Below, piece after piece: positions 50,302 through 61,662 of a stretch of DNA of 64,000 nucleotides (its first letter is position 1; every line of letters starts with the position of its first letter). The notes under the pieces are model-generated. The model did no database searches. It was not told the origin of the DNA and was given only the letters and a program-made list of their open reading frames with translations. The translations under genes and the position numbers were made by a program. Location: NCBI RefSeq assembly GCF_001447785.1, contig NW_015159715.1:248001-312000 (forward strand), in the 5' to 3' direction. This DNA is from Gekko japonicus. Taxonomy: Eukaryota.

Positions 50302-50420
50302 GGCTGCGGTCACACACACTCAATAATTCACTTTCAGTGCACTTTCCAACTGGATTTCAAGTTGGAAAGTGCACTGAAAGTGGATTGAAAGTTGATTATT
50401 TAGTGTGTGTGACTGGAGCC
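50302..50420. mobile_element. Small palindromic MITE (Harbinger-like)
   Basis: gtcacacacact / agtgtgtgtgac and cactttcagtgcactttccaact / agttggaaagtgcactgaaagtg arms; 3-bp TSD tat. Confidence 0.8.
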
Positions 50421-50433
50421 TATATATATATTT

Positions 50434-50689
50434 TTGTTGTTGTTCAGTCGCACAGTCGAGTCCGACTCTTCGCGACCCCATGGACCAAATCATGCCAGGC
50501 CTTCTGGTCTTCCGCCGTCCTCTGAAGTTTGCTCAACTTCATGTTTATTGCATCTATGACACTGTCTAACCATCTCATCCTTTGCCGCCCCCGTCTTCTT
50601 TGACCTTCAATCTTTTCCAGCATCAGGGTCTTCTCCAGTGAGTGCCCCCTTCTCATTTGGTGGCCAAAGTATTTGAGCTTCAGTTTCAC
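50434..50689 (-). mobile_element. RTE-BovB LINE 3' fragment
   Basis: KLKLKYFGHQMRRGHSLEKTLMLEKIEGQRRRGRQRMRWLDSV..GVAKSRTRL; (CAA)n tail. Confidence 0.96.
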
Positions 50690-53275
50690 TATTAGATAAT
50701 TGTTTTTCCTTATTCCATCATTTCCTGTGCACTACTCTTTCATCAGTGGTCTCCTCTTTACAGTGACAGACAATGCTTCAGGATTTTGAATACCTGCAGG
50801 CAAGGCACCCACCAATGTTTCCGCCTTAACCTGGAATATGCAAATCAAGAATTCCTTCATACTGCACTTGATCTTTTTGGGTATTCTATGCAGTGAAAAT
50901 GGACTAATGTTCTGTTTACTGGTTTTGCCTCTCTCTGGAGCCAGCCTAGATGCCTTATATAACTTTCTCTCATAGACCTTTGCTACTTGATGCACATGAC
51001 ATAAGGATGTTGTGGGAATACCCCCCCCTCCCAACCCAAAGCATTATATCTTCAGCTATACTGCCATACCATAGGAACAATATAACAATTGATTGGATCA
51101 TATGTTATAACCACTAAGGGAAGTTTCCATTCTTTTCTGAAGAAGATTTCAAAACAAACAACTTATCCATAAATCTCATATTGAATAGATTTTTCAGACT
51201 TTTGAATGGACTTTTCATATACAGTCTTAAAGAACACGAGAATGGACTTTTCGTATTCATCTGTGAGAAAATTGTTAAATGATACGTAACATATGGTAGG
51301 ATTGATGTATCACTTATATTTGACATTACATACTGAATTATCACAGAATATTGTTATAAAATATAAAAAGACAAAAAAAACCCACATAATTAAGTTTGGT
51401 ATATAGTTTTATTAGATTCATTCATTCATTGTTCTGATTAATATATTTAGAGTCTGGTTTCACAGTAGTGTCCCAGCTTTAGTTGCATCGTATGTTAGAC
51501 AAGAAAGTGGCAGGGGGAGGGGGTGCCAGATCATATGAGAGATGCCAAAGATACATGAAGATGCTTTCTGCTGCCATCTGCTGTGCTTCTGCAACCCTGG
51601 ACTGGGAGTGGCATGACAACCACTGAAGCTTTCACTTTGTACACTGAAGAGTTTGTGTATATTGAGGCCAGTGATGTTATGAAGTATGACTGAATGTATA
51701 AGAACAAAGGTTGCCTTATTCCTCATGGTTGACATTTTGGAACCATCTTTTCAAAGAAATGAATAGAGAGAGCTTCCATTAACAAGGTGGTAGCCTACAA
51801 AGATACAAATCCCAGGCTTTTAATGTATTGAGATTCACCATTGGCTTAACTGCATGTATAAAATGGATGGACATAAGACTTTTAAATCAAGATATGTTTC
51901 CTTTCTGGCTGCCTGGTAATATAAAAAAGGCTCTCTGGAATCAACACAGGCAATGAAAAGAAACAACCGCAATAGAGCTTTTGAAGGAAAGCTTGTTACT
52001 ACCCAGCTTGTAACAGGAGTTAAGTGGTGTGTTCCCAGAGGCCACTTTGAAAAATCTTAATTTTCTACTCCTGGGAAGTTTATGGATACATTCCCCGTAC
52101 AACTGGAACCACACAAATTATTAACTAAGCCTCAGGAGCATCCTTTCTACAAACAGGTACTTTGTTTTTTCAATGCCTTTTCACTGGTGCATAAATATAG
52201 TTTGCTTTTCCCTCCCGTGTCCTTTCAGTTCTAAAATAAACACATTACAGTGATTGAAAGGAGACTAAGAAGCAGTTTACTTCAGATGAAACGCGGCCTC
52301 ATCCTACAGCCAGAATCAAATTAAAAGAGCTCCTGGCACAACAGAATAGGGAAAGCCACAGCAAGGAGATGTCTGAGGCACTGAAACTTTTGTCAAAATG
52401 TCTCCCACCTGGTTGTGATTACAGTGCTGTGCCAGAAGTCCACCACCTTGCTGGGGCAGAAAGGATAAGGGATCAAAACTGCACATTGCTGCTCTTAGGA
52501 GGTAGGGGTGGATAAAATTGGTGGTAAGGGTAGTTGGAAAGGAAGGTATGCTTCATCAGTTATTCTATTATGTAAGCTTATTTTAGGGAGGGGAGTTGGT
52601 GACTGTATCTGTCTGTCTTCGGATCTGATTTTTTTTACCTGTTCCAAGGCTACAGTTCTATTGCACTTACTGGAAAATTTAGCTTGTATTCTGAATGTAC
52701 AGTTATGGACTGGGCTGCCATTGGATATCTCCCTCTGGCATTCTGGGTTTTGTTATTGCATGAATTGGGTTTTTTTTTTTCATTTTGTGACATACATGGC
52801 ATATCCTGTTTACGAATTACATTACTGGCTGCCACTGCTTTGAACCATTCTATTTGAGGTTATAATTTTTACCCTTGGGAATGAAAAAGAAATGCTCTTG
52901 GTGGAGTTTTATTATCTTGATTACGGAAATCCCTTTTATTCTCTCATCTTAATTTCATCTAGCATCGCTCTCTGACCTCCAGCCAGAAACTCTTCCGAAA
53001 GTGAAACCTGCCTTCTTCTTAGCTGTTAGGAAACCTGCTGCCTTTATCTTATCATGTTGGGCTGGAGTTGCGCAATCATGCCCCTGAATGGGACTATTAC
53101 CCATGTTAAAATATTGATACACTGGAGCTCTTTTCACCATTATCCCACACCCTTCCTTTGGGTAGCGAAGGGCAGGGTATAAATCCAGCCGCCTCCTCCT
53201 CCTCCTCCTCCTCCTCCTCCTCCTCCTCCTCCTCCTCTTCTTCTTCTTCCCTATGACCCATTTTTGTTTTCTGGA

Positions 53276-53573
53276 AGGAGGAGGAGGAGGAGGAGGAGGC
53301 GGCGGAGGAGGGGGTGAGGAGATTGGATTTCTACCCTGCCCTTCACTCGGAGTCTCAGAGCAGCTTACAAACTCCTTTCCCTTCCCCTCCCCACAACATA
53401 CACCCTGTGAGGTAGGTGGGGCTGAGACAGCTCTGACAGAAACTGCTCTTTTCAAGAACACCTCTGACAGAACTATGGCTTGCCCAAGGTCATCCAGCAG
53501 CTGCGTGTGAAGGAGTGGGGAATCAAACCCAGTTCTCCCAGATTAGAGTCTGTGCACTTAACCACTACACCAA
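53276..53573 (-). mobile_element. tRNA-derived gecko-type SINE with (CCT)n tail; a tail-only copy lies inverted at ~53160-53250
   Basis: Minus-strand tttggtgtagtggttaagtgc head, ggtttgattcc B box, cccacctacctcacagggtg core; (GGA)n on plus strand. Confidence 0.88.
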
Positions 53574-55904
53574 AAGGGCCAAGCTACACATTGCATGCTA
53601 ATATGTGGATCAAAACTACAACCCTCACTTTGTCTAAAGAAAAGCACCTTTGGGAGGGGACGGTTTAGGGCAGAGAAGCAGCTGGAGGACAGAAGGTGCT
53701 CACTTCTTCACTTTCACTGCTCTGCTGAACATCTACATTTGGCTCTCCAGTGAGAGAAAAGCAGCTGGGGGAAAGCTAACTGCCACAGAAAAGCCTCCAC
53801 CACCATCGTCCCCTCTTCTCAGCTCCAGATTGCTCCATCTCCAAAGTGCTTTAGCTTAGAAGAAGGGGAAATTGGGTTTATTCATTGGCTTCATTTATAG
53901 CCCACTTTTCTTGCTGAGACTCAAAGCAGATTACAAAATCTTTTAAAGACTCAGGCACCATAAGACATCCAATAAACAATATTACATGAATCTGTATGTA
54001 AAGAATGGTTCTGCTTTTAAATATCAACTGCTGATTGGCAATGGAAGAAAAGGCTGTGTCACGACTAAGCAGCACGTACATAACACATGGCGATTCCTGT
54101 AAAGTCAGACAGTAGTAGACAGTTCCTTCCAGAGTAAACTTATCTCCCCTGTGAATTCAGCACCCTAGCCATCCTGCAGCACCCCCCATTTGATTTCATT
54201 GGTCTCATGTAGATGTAAATACATATCACATGTGTTGAACCTTGTTTGTCCTGTGCCCTGGCTCAGGGTCACTCCATATTGTGTTTCTACTTGGCTTTGG
54301 AATGAAGGACAGTATTAACATTCAAAATAGGCTTGTTACCTTGAGAACTTCAGGGAACATTGAAGGCTGTTTGTTACATGCCAGCTCATCATACACAGGT
54401 GGAGTGATGCATAAGATATTGGGGAAAGATGCAGAGGCTGGTTTCCAAACATAAGAAAAGACCTATGTGGCTATTCTTGCAAAATATGTGCATCTTCATA
54501 TATGTGGGGATCTGCAAATATATAATTTTGACACGAGAAGCAGTCCTTACACAAAATTGTCATTCATTGTAAATTGTGAGCTTTTCTGCACACTCAACGT
54601 ACTCCTGATTTTCTTGGCAGTCAATCCACAAGCACTGGAACTGGGTTGGGCTGGGTTGTTCTTCATGCCTGCCCTCCCTGTGCAGCATTTTCATAGTTGT
54701 CGAGTCAGTTTATTTCCCCCCACATGTGCTTTCAATAATAGGAATTTCCAAGGGAGGGTGATGTCGTCATTGGTGACATCACAGCACCTTCCTTTGTTGT
54801 TTTAAAAAAATGGCCTTAAATTATTGATATATCACTGGAGCACTGTAACAATAGGCTTAATGGGATCTCTGAATTCCAGCTATTTTTTTTTTAAAGTAAG
54901 TCTGTATCCCTCTCCCTTGTGGAGATATGCCTTTCCCCCTATTGTTACAACACTCTAGCAATATATTGATATTTTAGGGCTTTTTTTAAAAAGGTTTGTG
55001 TTTGGGGGCAGAGGAGTGTTTTGACCACAACAGTCCAGTCATTGAAAAGTGAGCTGGAAGTGGGTGGGAGTGGGCGGAACAAAGAAAACTCACAGAAACA
55101 TTATGCAGGAGGAAAAAGCTGACTAAAAATCAGCTTCCAGAAAAAAGATCGAGGTAAAAGTGGTCTCAAAACAACTAGGGGAAAGGGGAAGCAAAAAAAC
55201 AAAAACAAAAAAACTGACGTGAAAGCTAAAGACACAGAAATGCATGCAGAAATCAGAAGATAAACCAAAGCAATATACGGCCGGAACCATGCAGAAAAAC
55301 CTTCTATTCATGTCTCTAACTTCATCTTGTGCTGCTGTTCCTGGAAAAGGTAGCCAGTGAGGATATGCCCTTGACCCTTCAAACCAGACCTGCGAAACCA
55401 GACAGAGCAGGATTGGCTGTAGAAAATTAATATCTGATCTCCCTCCAGTGCTTATGAATTTACAGCTGTCTTGTAGGGAAGCAAACCAGCACTGACATAC
55501 CCCAGCCAGGATGCAACCCAATCCCTTCCTATTTATATTTACAAATGTAATTTAAACTGTCACATGGCTTCCATCTATATACCATTGGATGAGAACTCAC
55601 AGTTCAGTCCTGCTGTAGAAGTCTATGTTATGACAAGTATGCAGTTAACTGGCAAGATACAGGACAAACTGAATTATAGCAACATACCAACTTGCCCTTT
55701 CAGCCCACCACATTTCACTTGGTGTTTATTTTAGTGGCACTAGCATCCCAGTAAGCAAGTAAGCCATGGCCTTGGAATGCTGACACTAAAACGGCACAGA
55801 TGGATGACCTGTCAAGCAGAATACGGCCCATCGGTCACATGTTGAGTCCTGCCAGCCCTGTTTTTGCAGCCACTGACCAGCAAGAAAAGAAAAGGAAAAA
55901 AAGA

Positions 55905-56310
55905 AAGGAAAAGTGGAATGGCCTGCTGAAGGAGGCCAGGAAAGCTACCACTCTCCACAAACTATGCAAAACCGATCTGTTCAAGAGGGCTTTCCTGCAC
56001 AGATAATAGGGCTGCACTGCACAAAATTGGTTTTACAAACTTGTTTGGATAAATGATTAAGGACTGTGATCTATACTGCTCTGTGTAGCTTATTGTAAGT
56101 AGGATCCAATTTATGTAATTTCTGTACCACTTCATCTGTTATGTGAATACTTATGCTATGCTTCAGTTCTTTCTGGGGGTTCCAGACTTCTAAAATCCTA
56201 ATGCATTGGCTATTGAATGTCCCATTTTGTTGTTTATTGATTCTCTATGTGTAATCCGCCTTGAGGCCCCGTGAGAAAGGCAGACTTTAAGTTACATAAA
56301 TAAATAAGAA
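55905..56310 (+). mobile_element. L2 LINE 3' end
   Basis: WNGLLKEARKATTL..KLCKTDLFKRAF then gtaatccgccttgag..gagaaaggcagact..(TAAA)n. Confidence 0.85.
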
Positions 56311-56377
56311 AGAAAAGAATTTTCCCAAGCCCTAGTGGATTGTTGAGCTATGTTAGGCTTTGTTGCAGGGCCAACTA

Positions 56378-56570
56378 GCTAGTGTGGTGTAGTGTTGGAC
56401 TGTCAGTATGTAGACCAGAGGACCTGAACTTCTGCCCAGAAGTTCATTAGGGGAGACCCTGGCTAATCAGCCCCTCCCAGCCTGATCTACACCACAGAGT
56501 TTGTGTAAGATTATAAAATGAGGAATGGAAAGCTATGTGTTGTTCCTTGTAAGGACAGGATAAAAATGTA
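56378..56570 (+). mobile_element. Decayed MIR-like SINE
   Basis: agtgtggtgtagtg head; ctacaccacagagtttgtgtaaga core. Confidence 0.6.
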
Positions 56571-56660
56571 CTGATAGCTAGTTTGCCGGTATTTGTTTTC
56601 AATCAGGAATCTGTGTGGAATGTGTGGAATGAGCGGACACAAAGCTCAGAGTAGCTGTTA

Positions 56661-56990
56661 AAGGTAAAGGTAAAGGTTCCCTTGCTCGAAAGCCAGTCAA
56701 ATCCGACTCTAGGGTTGCGGTGCTCATCTCCGTTTCAAAGACAAAGAGCCAGCGCTGTCCGAAGACGTTTCCGTGGTCATGTGGCTGGCATGACTAAACA
56801 CCAAGGCTGCGGTGGCTCAAGTGGTTAAGACGCTGAACTGCAGGCTGTGGAAGGTCAGTAGTTCAGCGGTTCAAGACCCGCGTGCCGCAAGACAGGGTGA
56901 GCTCCTGTCTCTAGTTCCAGCTCCTGCCAACCTAGCAGTTCGAAAGCAAGAAATTGCAAGTAGATCAATAGGTACCACTTCGGTGGGAAG
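56661..56990. mobile_element. Sauria SINE with inverted 5' half
   Basis: 3' half plus (ACCTTT)n tail on minus strand 56661-56805; 5' half on plus strand 56806-56990; 13-bp TSD agagtagctgtta. Confidence 0.92.
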
Positions 56991-57399
56991 AGTAGCTGTT
57001 AGCACTGGTAATAACTGCTGCAATGTATAGAGTGATCTTTTATGGAACAATCATAAGTGGGTTACCCAGAAGTCCTGTTTTATTTGCTTGCTCCCAGGAA
57101 AATGATTTTAGGATTGCAACCTATATGAAACCAGGATGCAAACCCCCCAGGATGCAACAGAATAGCGCTACTACCGCTAACCCTGTGTTATTGTGTTAGG
57201 AACAATCCTGTGAACCCTCTGCTACTTCTAACCCTACCATATCTGTATTGCATTGCTGTACCAGAGGGATCAATCCCAGGTCCTGTGTGATAGTGATTAT
57301 CTTAATGAGAGGCAGAAAATAACATATTTTATACATCTCCCCTACTGAACTTATTCCTTTAGTCCCAGTTGTATTAAGGGTTTGTTTACCCAAGGTCTG

Positions 57400-57620
57400 C
57401 ATAAGGTGGCCAGCTCTGACTTGTGACGTTCCTAGAGATTTGGGGGGGGGCTGGGGAAGGCAGATTCCCGGGGGAGGGGAGAGAGTTCCAGCAGAGATGT
57501 GATGCCACAGAGCCTGTCCTCTGAAGCCACCATTTCCTCCAGGAAGAACTGATCTCTATAGCCCGGCCATCAGTTTTGCAACTCTGGAAGAATCCAGGCC
57601 CCACCTTGGGTTGCTAATGC
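57400..57620 (-). mobile_element. TAGGGTTGCCA-family MITE
   Basis: ccatttcctccaggaagaactgatctctatag..ccaggccccacc. Confidence 0.75.
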
Positions 57621-57728
57621 TAGGTCTGCGCCATATGTATTTCAGCCCACTTGTACCTCAGTAAGCTTCCTTGCCTGCTGGTCTGCCTGACAGGACACAG
57701 TACATGAGTGCTGAACTGTATTCAGTGT

Positions 57729-57766
57729 NNNNNNNNNNNNNNNNNNNNNNNNNNNNNNNNNNNNNN
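57729..57766. other. Assembly gap (N run)
   Basis: Run of n. Confidence 1.
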
Positions 57767-57770
57767 CCAC

Positions 57771-58049
57771 TGTTATGTAGTGGGTTGCCGCATGGATAAA
57801 CGACCGACGACGACGTGGTGCATGGCACGCTTTATTTGGTACACAACAAGAACAAGGAACAAACGGCCGGCAGGCCAACTATATACATACCTGGGGACAC
57901 ACCCCTGGTCACCATTGGTGGGTTTGAATCTCCCGCCATGGTTCCCATTGGTTCCCCAATGGAGGGACTAGGAGCCTAGTCCCTATTGTTCTTCCAGAGC
58001 CAAGCTCTGGCTGTTCGCTGGCCCCCGGTGGTGGTCAGCATACACTACA
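57771..58049 (-). mobile_element. Short CpG-rich LTR (Gypsy-like) abutting the gap
   Basis: TGT..ACA ends (tgttatgtagtg / cactaca); minus-strand TATA-like tgtatatag and AATAAA; followed on minus strand by gtgg (PBS-like start) then Ns. Confidence 0.7.
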
Positions 58050-58099
58050 GAGGGGATCTAGGAAAACTGGATTCCAAAATAACTTCAGTCATGGAGATA

Positions 58100-58230
58100 A
58101 ATTCAGGTGGGTAGCCATGTCAATCTGAAGCATTTTTCAGTGTATCTGAAGAAGTGTGTGTGTGCACGCACATGAAAGCTTATCCCTCTTTGTTGGTCTT
58201 AAAGGTGCCACTGGACTCGAATTTTGTTCA
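58100..58230 (+). mobile_element. Penelope-like pseudo-LTR remnant with minimal hammerhead motif (58142-58185)
   Basis: gtat-CTGAAGA-agtgtgtgtgtgcacgcacat-GAAAGCTT-atcc then ttgttggtcttaaaggtgccactggactc; same family as 44708-44822. Confidence 0.75.
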
Positions 58231-60047
58231 GCTATGGAATCACTCAGCGGCCTTGAGCAAATCCCAATCTGTCAACCTCAATTCCCCAGCATTAAAATGA
58301 GAACATAAATTCTTCACTTTGCTAGGGGCAGTGGGAAGGAAAATGAGAAGAAGACTGCAAAGGACTTTGCTCTCTAAAAATACTGTTAAATGTTATATGT
58401 ACAGCACTGGCATCCCTCCCCCCCCCCCCCGCGACACACACTTCTTAACCAGCGCCACTTAGGTCTTTGGGGAGATAAGTACATTTATGTAATAGTCATT
58501 CTAAGTATGCCTTATTCTCCCTTGGAAGTGGAAAAAAACATTCAAAGAGAGAAAGGCGGGTGAGTGAAAGCTTTATCACTTGGATTGGTTAATTTGCCTA
58601 ACTAAAGCTTTCGGTAATCATAAATGGAAGAACAAACTAAGCCACAGGCTGAATCCCAAATGGCCATTTCAATTTTAATGGTAAAATCTGATTTATGTAA
58701 TCCGACTGGAGTAAATCCTCATAAAAGAAACACCCAAGGAAACACACACACATGCATACCCATAACAGAGAAAAGCAGAGTGGGATGGATTCACACAGTG
58801 CCCTCTAACATGGGCAAAGATCAAGAGAGATTCACCGTGCATTTGGGCTTGTGTTTAGAATTATTCAAAAACAGGACAGCAGGCAACGGAAGCAGCTCCA
58901 TAGCCAGCAGTAATGTGAGAACCCCAGCACAATATATTTTCAGCACCACAGCAATGCTATTGACTCACTCGAGCCAATAAAACAAAGTTTATTACTAATC
59001 CTGATACATGCCCACTTCTATCTATGCCCTTTGCCTACTGGTTTAGATGATGGCAGAATTTCCTTGTTTGTAGGAGAGACAAACAGCTCTTGATTCTTTT
59101 AAATCCTGGACTATGTTTCTGTCACCATTATCTCCTTTTCCTCAGCCAGCCTGGGGTCAACAGTGTGCTGAAGCAGCTCTCACACTACTAGGGGTACATG
59201 TAAGGATTACCTCTTATCACAGCAAACAGATTGGCCTCTAAGCCCTCTCACTGTAGCCTGGTCTGCATGTTTTTACATCAAGCATAACAAGTTCTGCCAA
59301 TTAGACATGTGATCATGGCAGTTTTTAAAAATGTATTGATAACTTATGTATCAAAATGTGTTTTAAACAGAGCTTTAACCATTACAGATAACCACTGAGG
59401 TAGCTTGAACAACTTTGGATATTGACTTTACATAGGCAATAATCCTTGCTCTGATTTTTTGCTCACCTGGCTTGGGAATAGAAGCATGGCAGGTAAAAGT
59501 CTGAGAAGTGTGACTGCCAAACAGAGAGCATAATCCTGATGCCCAGGTGCTGCAGAGGAACTGGGGTCTAGCTTGGGTTGTTTTCAGGGCACGGCCAAGC
59601 CAGCTAGGACTTCTAGCTTCAGAACACATGATAAGCAGCGTGGCACAAATAACTCATTCACAGAATAATATTCTTTCTTTTCAAAGACCAGACTATTTGG
59701 AATGATCTTGTGGCACTAAAATCTTATATAATAAACTGTAATGGAGCTGAATCACTGAATCGCCTAATGACGCATCTACAGAATTTAGGGCTGCCAACTC
59801 TTTCTTTTTTTTTAAATCCCCGGAGGGATATTTTTATTTTTGCAATACACTACAAACTACAAAGAAAGTATGAAGGAAGGGGACTACATCTAGGGACAAA
59901 GAAAAAGTAACCACACTGTACTAAAACCCCAAGAGGAGGAGATCTTATTCCTGTTAGTGAAAGTGTTAGTAATATAAGTGTTAATATAAACAATATACTT
60001 GTAGAGTTCTTGTTTGTCTCAGCTTGGGATTTTTAGTGTAAATGTAT

Positions 60048-60782
60048 AAGGTACATTTCTTAGATGTAGAAATTAGAAGGACAGGCAATAAACTAGAAAC
60101 AGAATATAGAAAACCCACTGATGCAAATTCATACTTAGCTATGGACAGTTTTCACCCTGCCCATATAAAAAAGAATCTACCTTACTCACAATTACTAAGA
60201 CTGAGAAGAAATTACAGTGAGGCAAACGACTTTAAGAGACAGGCAGGCATTTTAATGAATCAATTTGCCAATAGGGGCTACACATATAGAAACCTAAAGA
60301 GAGCTTACTACAGAGCTTACAATACACCTAGAACATCTTTACTCACACCCAGACCTCATAATCAAAGAGTAGATAGGATGATTATACCTCTTACTTACAA
60401 TAGCACATTTAAACCAGTAAAGACTATTGTTAACAAATATTGGCACCTTTTATCAAACATACCTAGATGCCAGAATCCTCCGCTATTTACAGCCAGGAGA
60501 GCAAGAAATCTCAGGGATTCACTGGTTAGAAGTAGGCTCCCTGAACTGAAGGACACCAGCTGTATGAGGGAGAGTCAGATTCCTAAAGGGTTTTTTTTCC
60601 TGTGGTAATTGTTCTAACTGTGCTGAGCCTAAGAAGTCATTTCAAAATACTGCCAAAACGAAAACCTTCTTTATCAATACGTTTTGCAACTGTCAAAGCA
60701 AAGGAGCGATCTACTGTATTCAATGTCCATGTGGTAAATTGTATTTGGGTCAAACATCTAGACCTGTAAAAGTCAGAATAGG
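60048..60782 (+). mobile_element. Penelope-like retroelement (Neptune-type) ORF fragment: RT thumb, Cys-rich linker, start of GIY-YIG endonuclease
   Basis: VHFLDV..YRKPTDANSYL..SFHPAHIKKNLPYSQLLRLRRN..FANRGY; after frameshift CGNCSNC..NCQSKGAIYCIQCPCGKLYLGQTSRPVKVRI. Confidence 0.95.
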
Positions 60783-60992
60783 TGGTTCCCATTGGTTCCC
60801 CAATGGAGGGACTAGGAGCCTAGTCCCTATTGTTCTTCCAGAGCCAAGCTCTGGCTGTTCACTGGCCCCCGGTGGTGGTCAGCATACACTACAGAGGGGA
60901 TCTAGGAAAACTGGATTCCAAAATAACTTCAGTCATGGAGATAAATTCAGGTGGGTAGCCATGTCAATCTGAAGCATTTTTCAGTGTATCTG
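60783..60992 (+). repeat. 210-bp direct copy of 57939-58148 inserted into the Penelope element
   Basis: Identical except one G/A difference at a CpG. Confidence 0.95.
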
Positions 60993-61660
60993 TACCCTAG
61001 GTTTACTAATATATATGGAAGCCAGTGCAGCAGCTAATAACAGAATTTTCACCATGATGGAGGGACACACGTTCAGACCCATGGAATCGCTGTTACCAGG
61101 GTTGTTGGCCAATTCAATAATTTTAATTTTAATTTGGGTTAAATTCATTATACAAGTTGACTTACTATAAAAGAATTTTTACAATTTCATTTCATTTTTT
61201 AATTCAGAATAAGTTGTGGAGGTGATATGGCTATACCTATGGCCCATCACTAATACCAGGAGATAAGTATACAAGGTAACTTTATCTTTGATAGAATCAT
61301 ATTTAATTAATATTGATTTTTTAATACATTTGGACATAATAATGAAGTTTCTTCTCCCCCCACCCCCTATTTTTCTTTGAATAATTTCAGGAAACAACAT
61401 CTGGTTTTAATATATGTGTACTAAACATCTGTAACAGGTCTATGAATGTGTGTCTATAATATATTGATAATAGTGACCACTGAGGAAGACCCTTAGGGGT
61501 TGAAACGCGTTTGGTCTTCAGTTGGAAAGTGTTTACCCATCATATGTATTAGTAGTGGATAAGCTTTTATAGTCTGAACTTAGACAAACAAATTTTAATC
61601 AGTATAAGTTTTAACAAGTGTACACCTTAATAAATATTTCTACTTTTATATATATTCTTG
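60993..61660 (+). mobile_element. Probable Penelope-like 3' UTR / pseudo-LTR
   Basis: AT-rich, follows the PLE ORF, carries a hammerhead motif and AATAAA near 61629. Confidence 0.6.
61475..61516 (+). ncRNA. Minimal type I hammerhead ribozyme (Penelope-associated)
   Basis: Stem I GACCA/TGGTC; core CTGAGGA..GAAA; stem II GACCC-ttag-GGGTT; palindromic short stem III AAACGCGTTT; GUU triplet. Confidence 0.8.
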
Positions 61661-61662
61661 AG

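Noticed and set aside
52229-52501. Large + strand coding exon (KETKKQFTSDETRPH..LLLLG)
   Set aside because: Good acceptor, but stops occur in all three frames from it (TAA/TGA before the long open stretch); at most a terminal or non-coding exon
52955-53510. Poly-Pro/Arg/Gly ORFs
   Set aside because: Translations of SINE (CCT)n/(GGA)n tails
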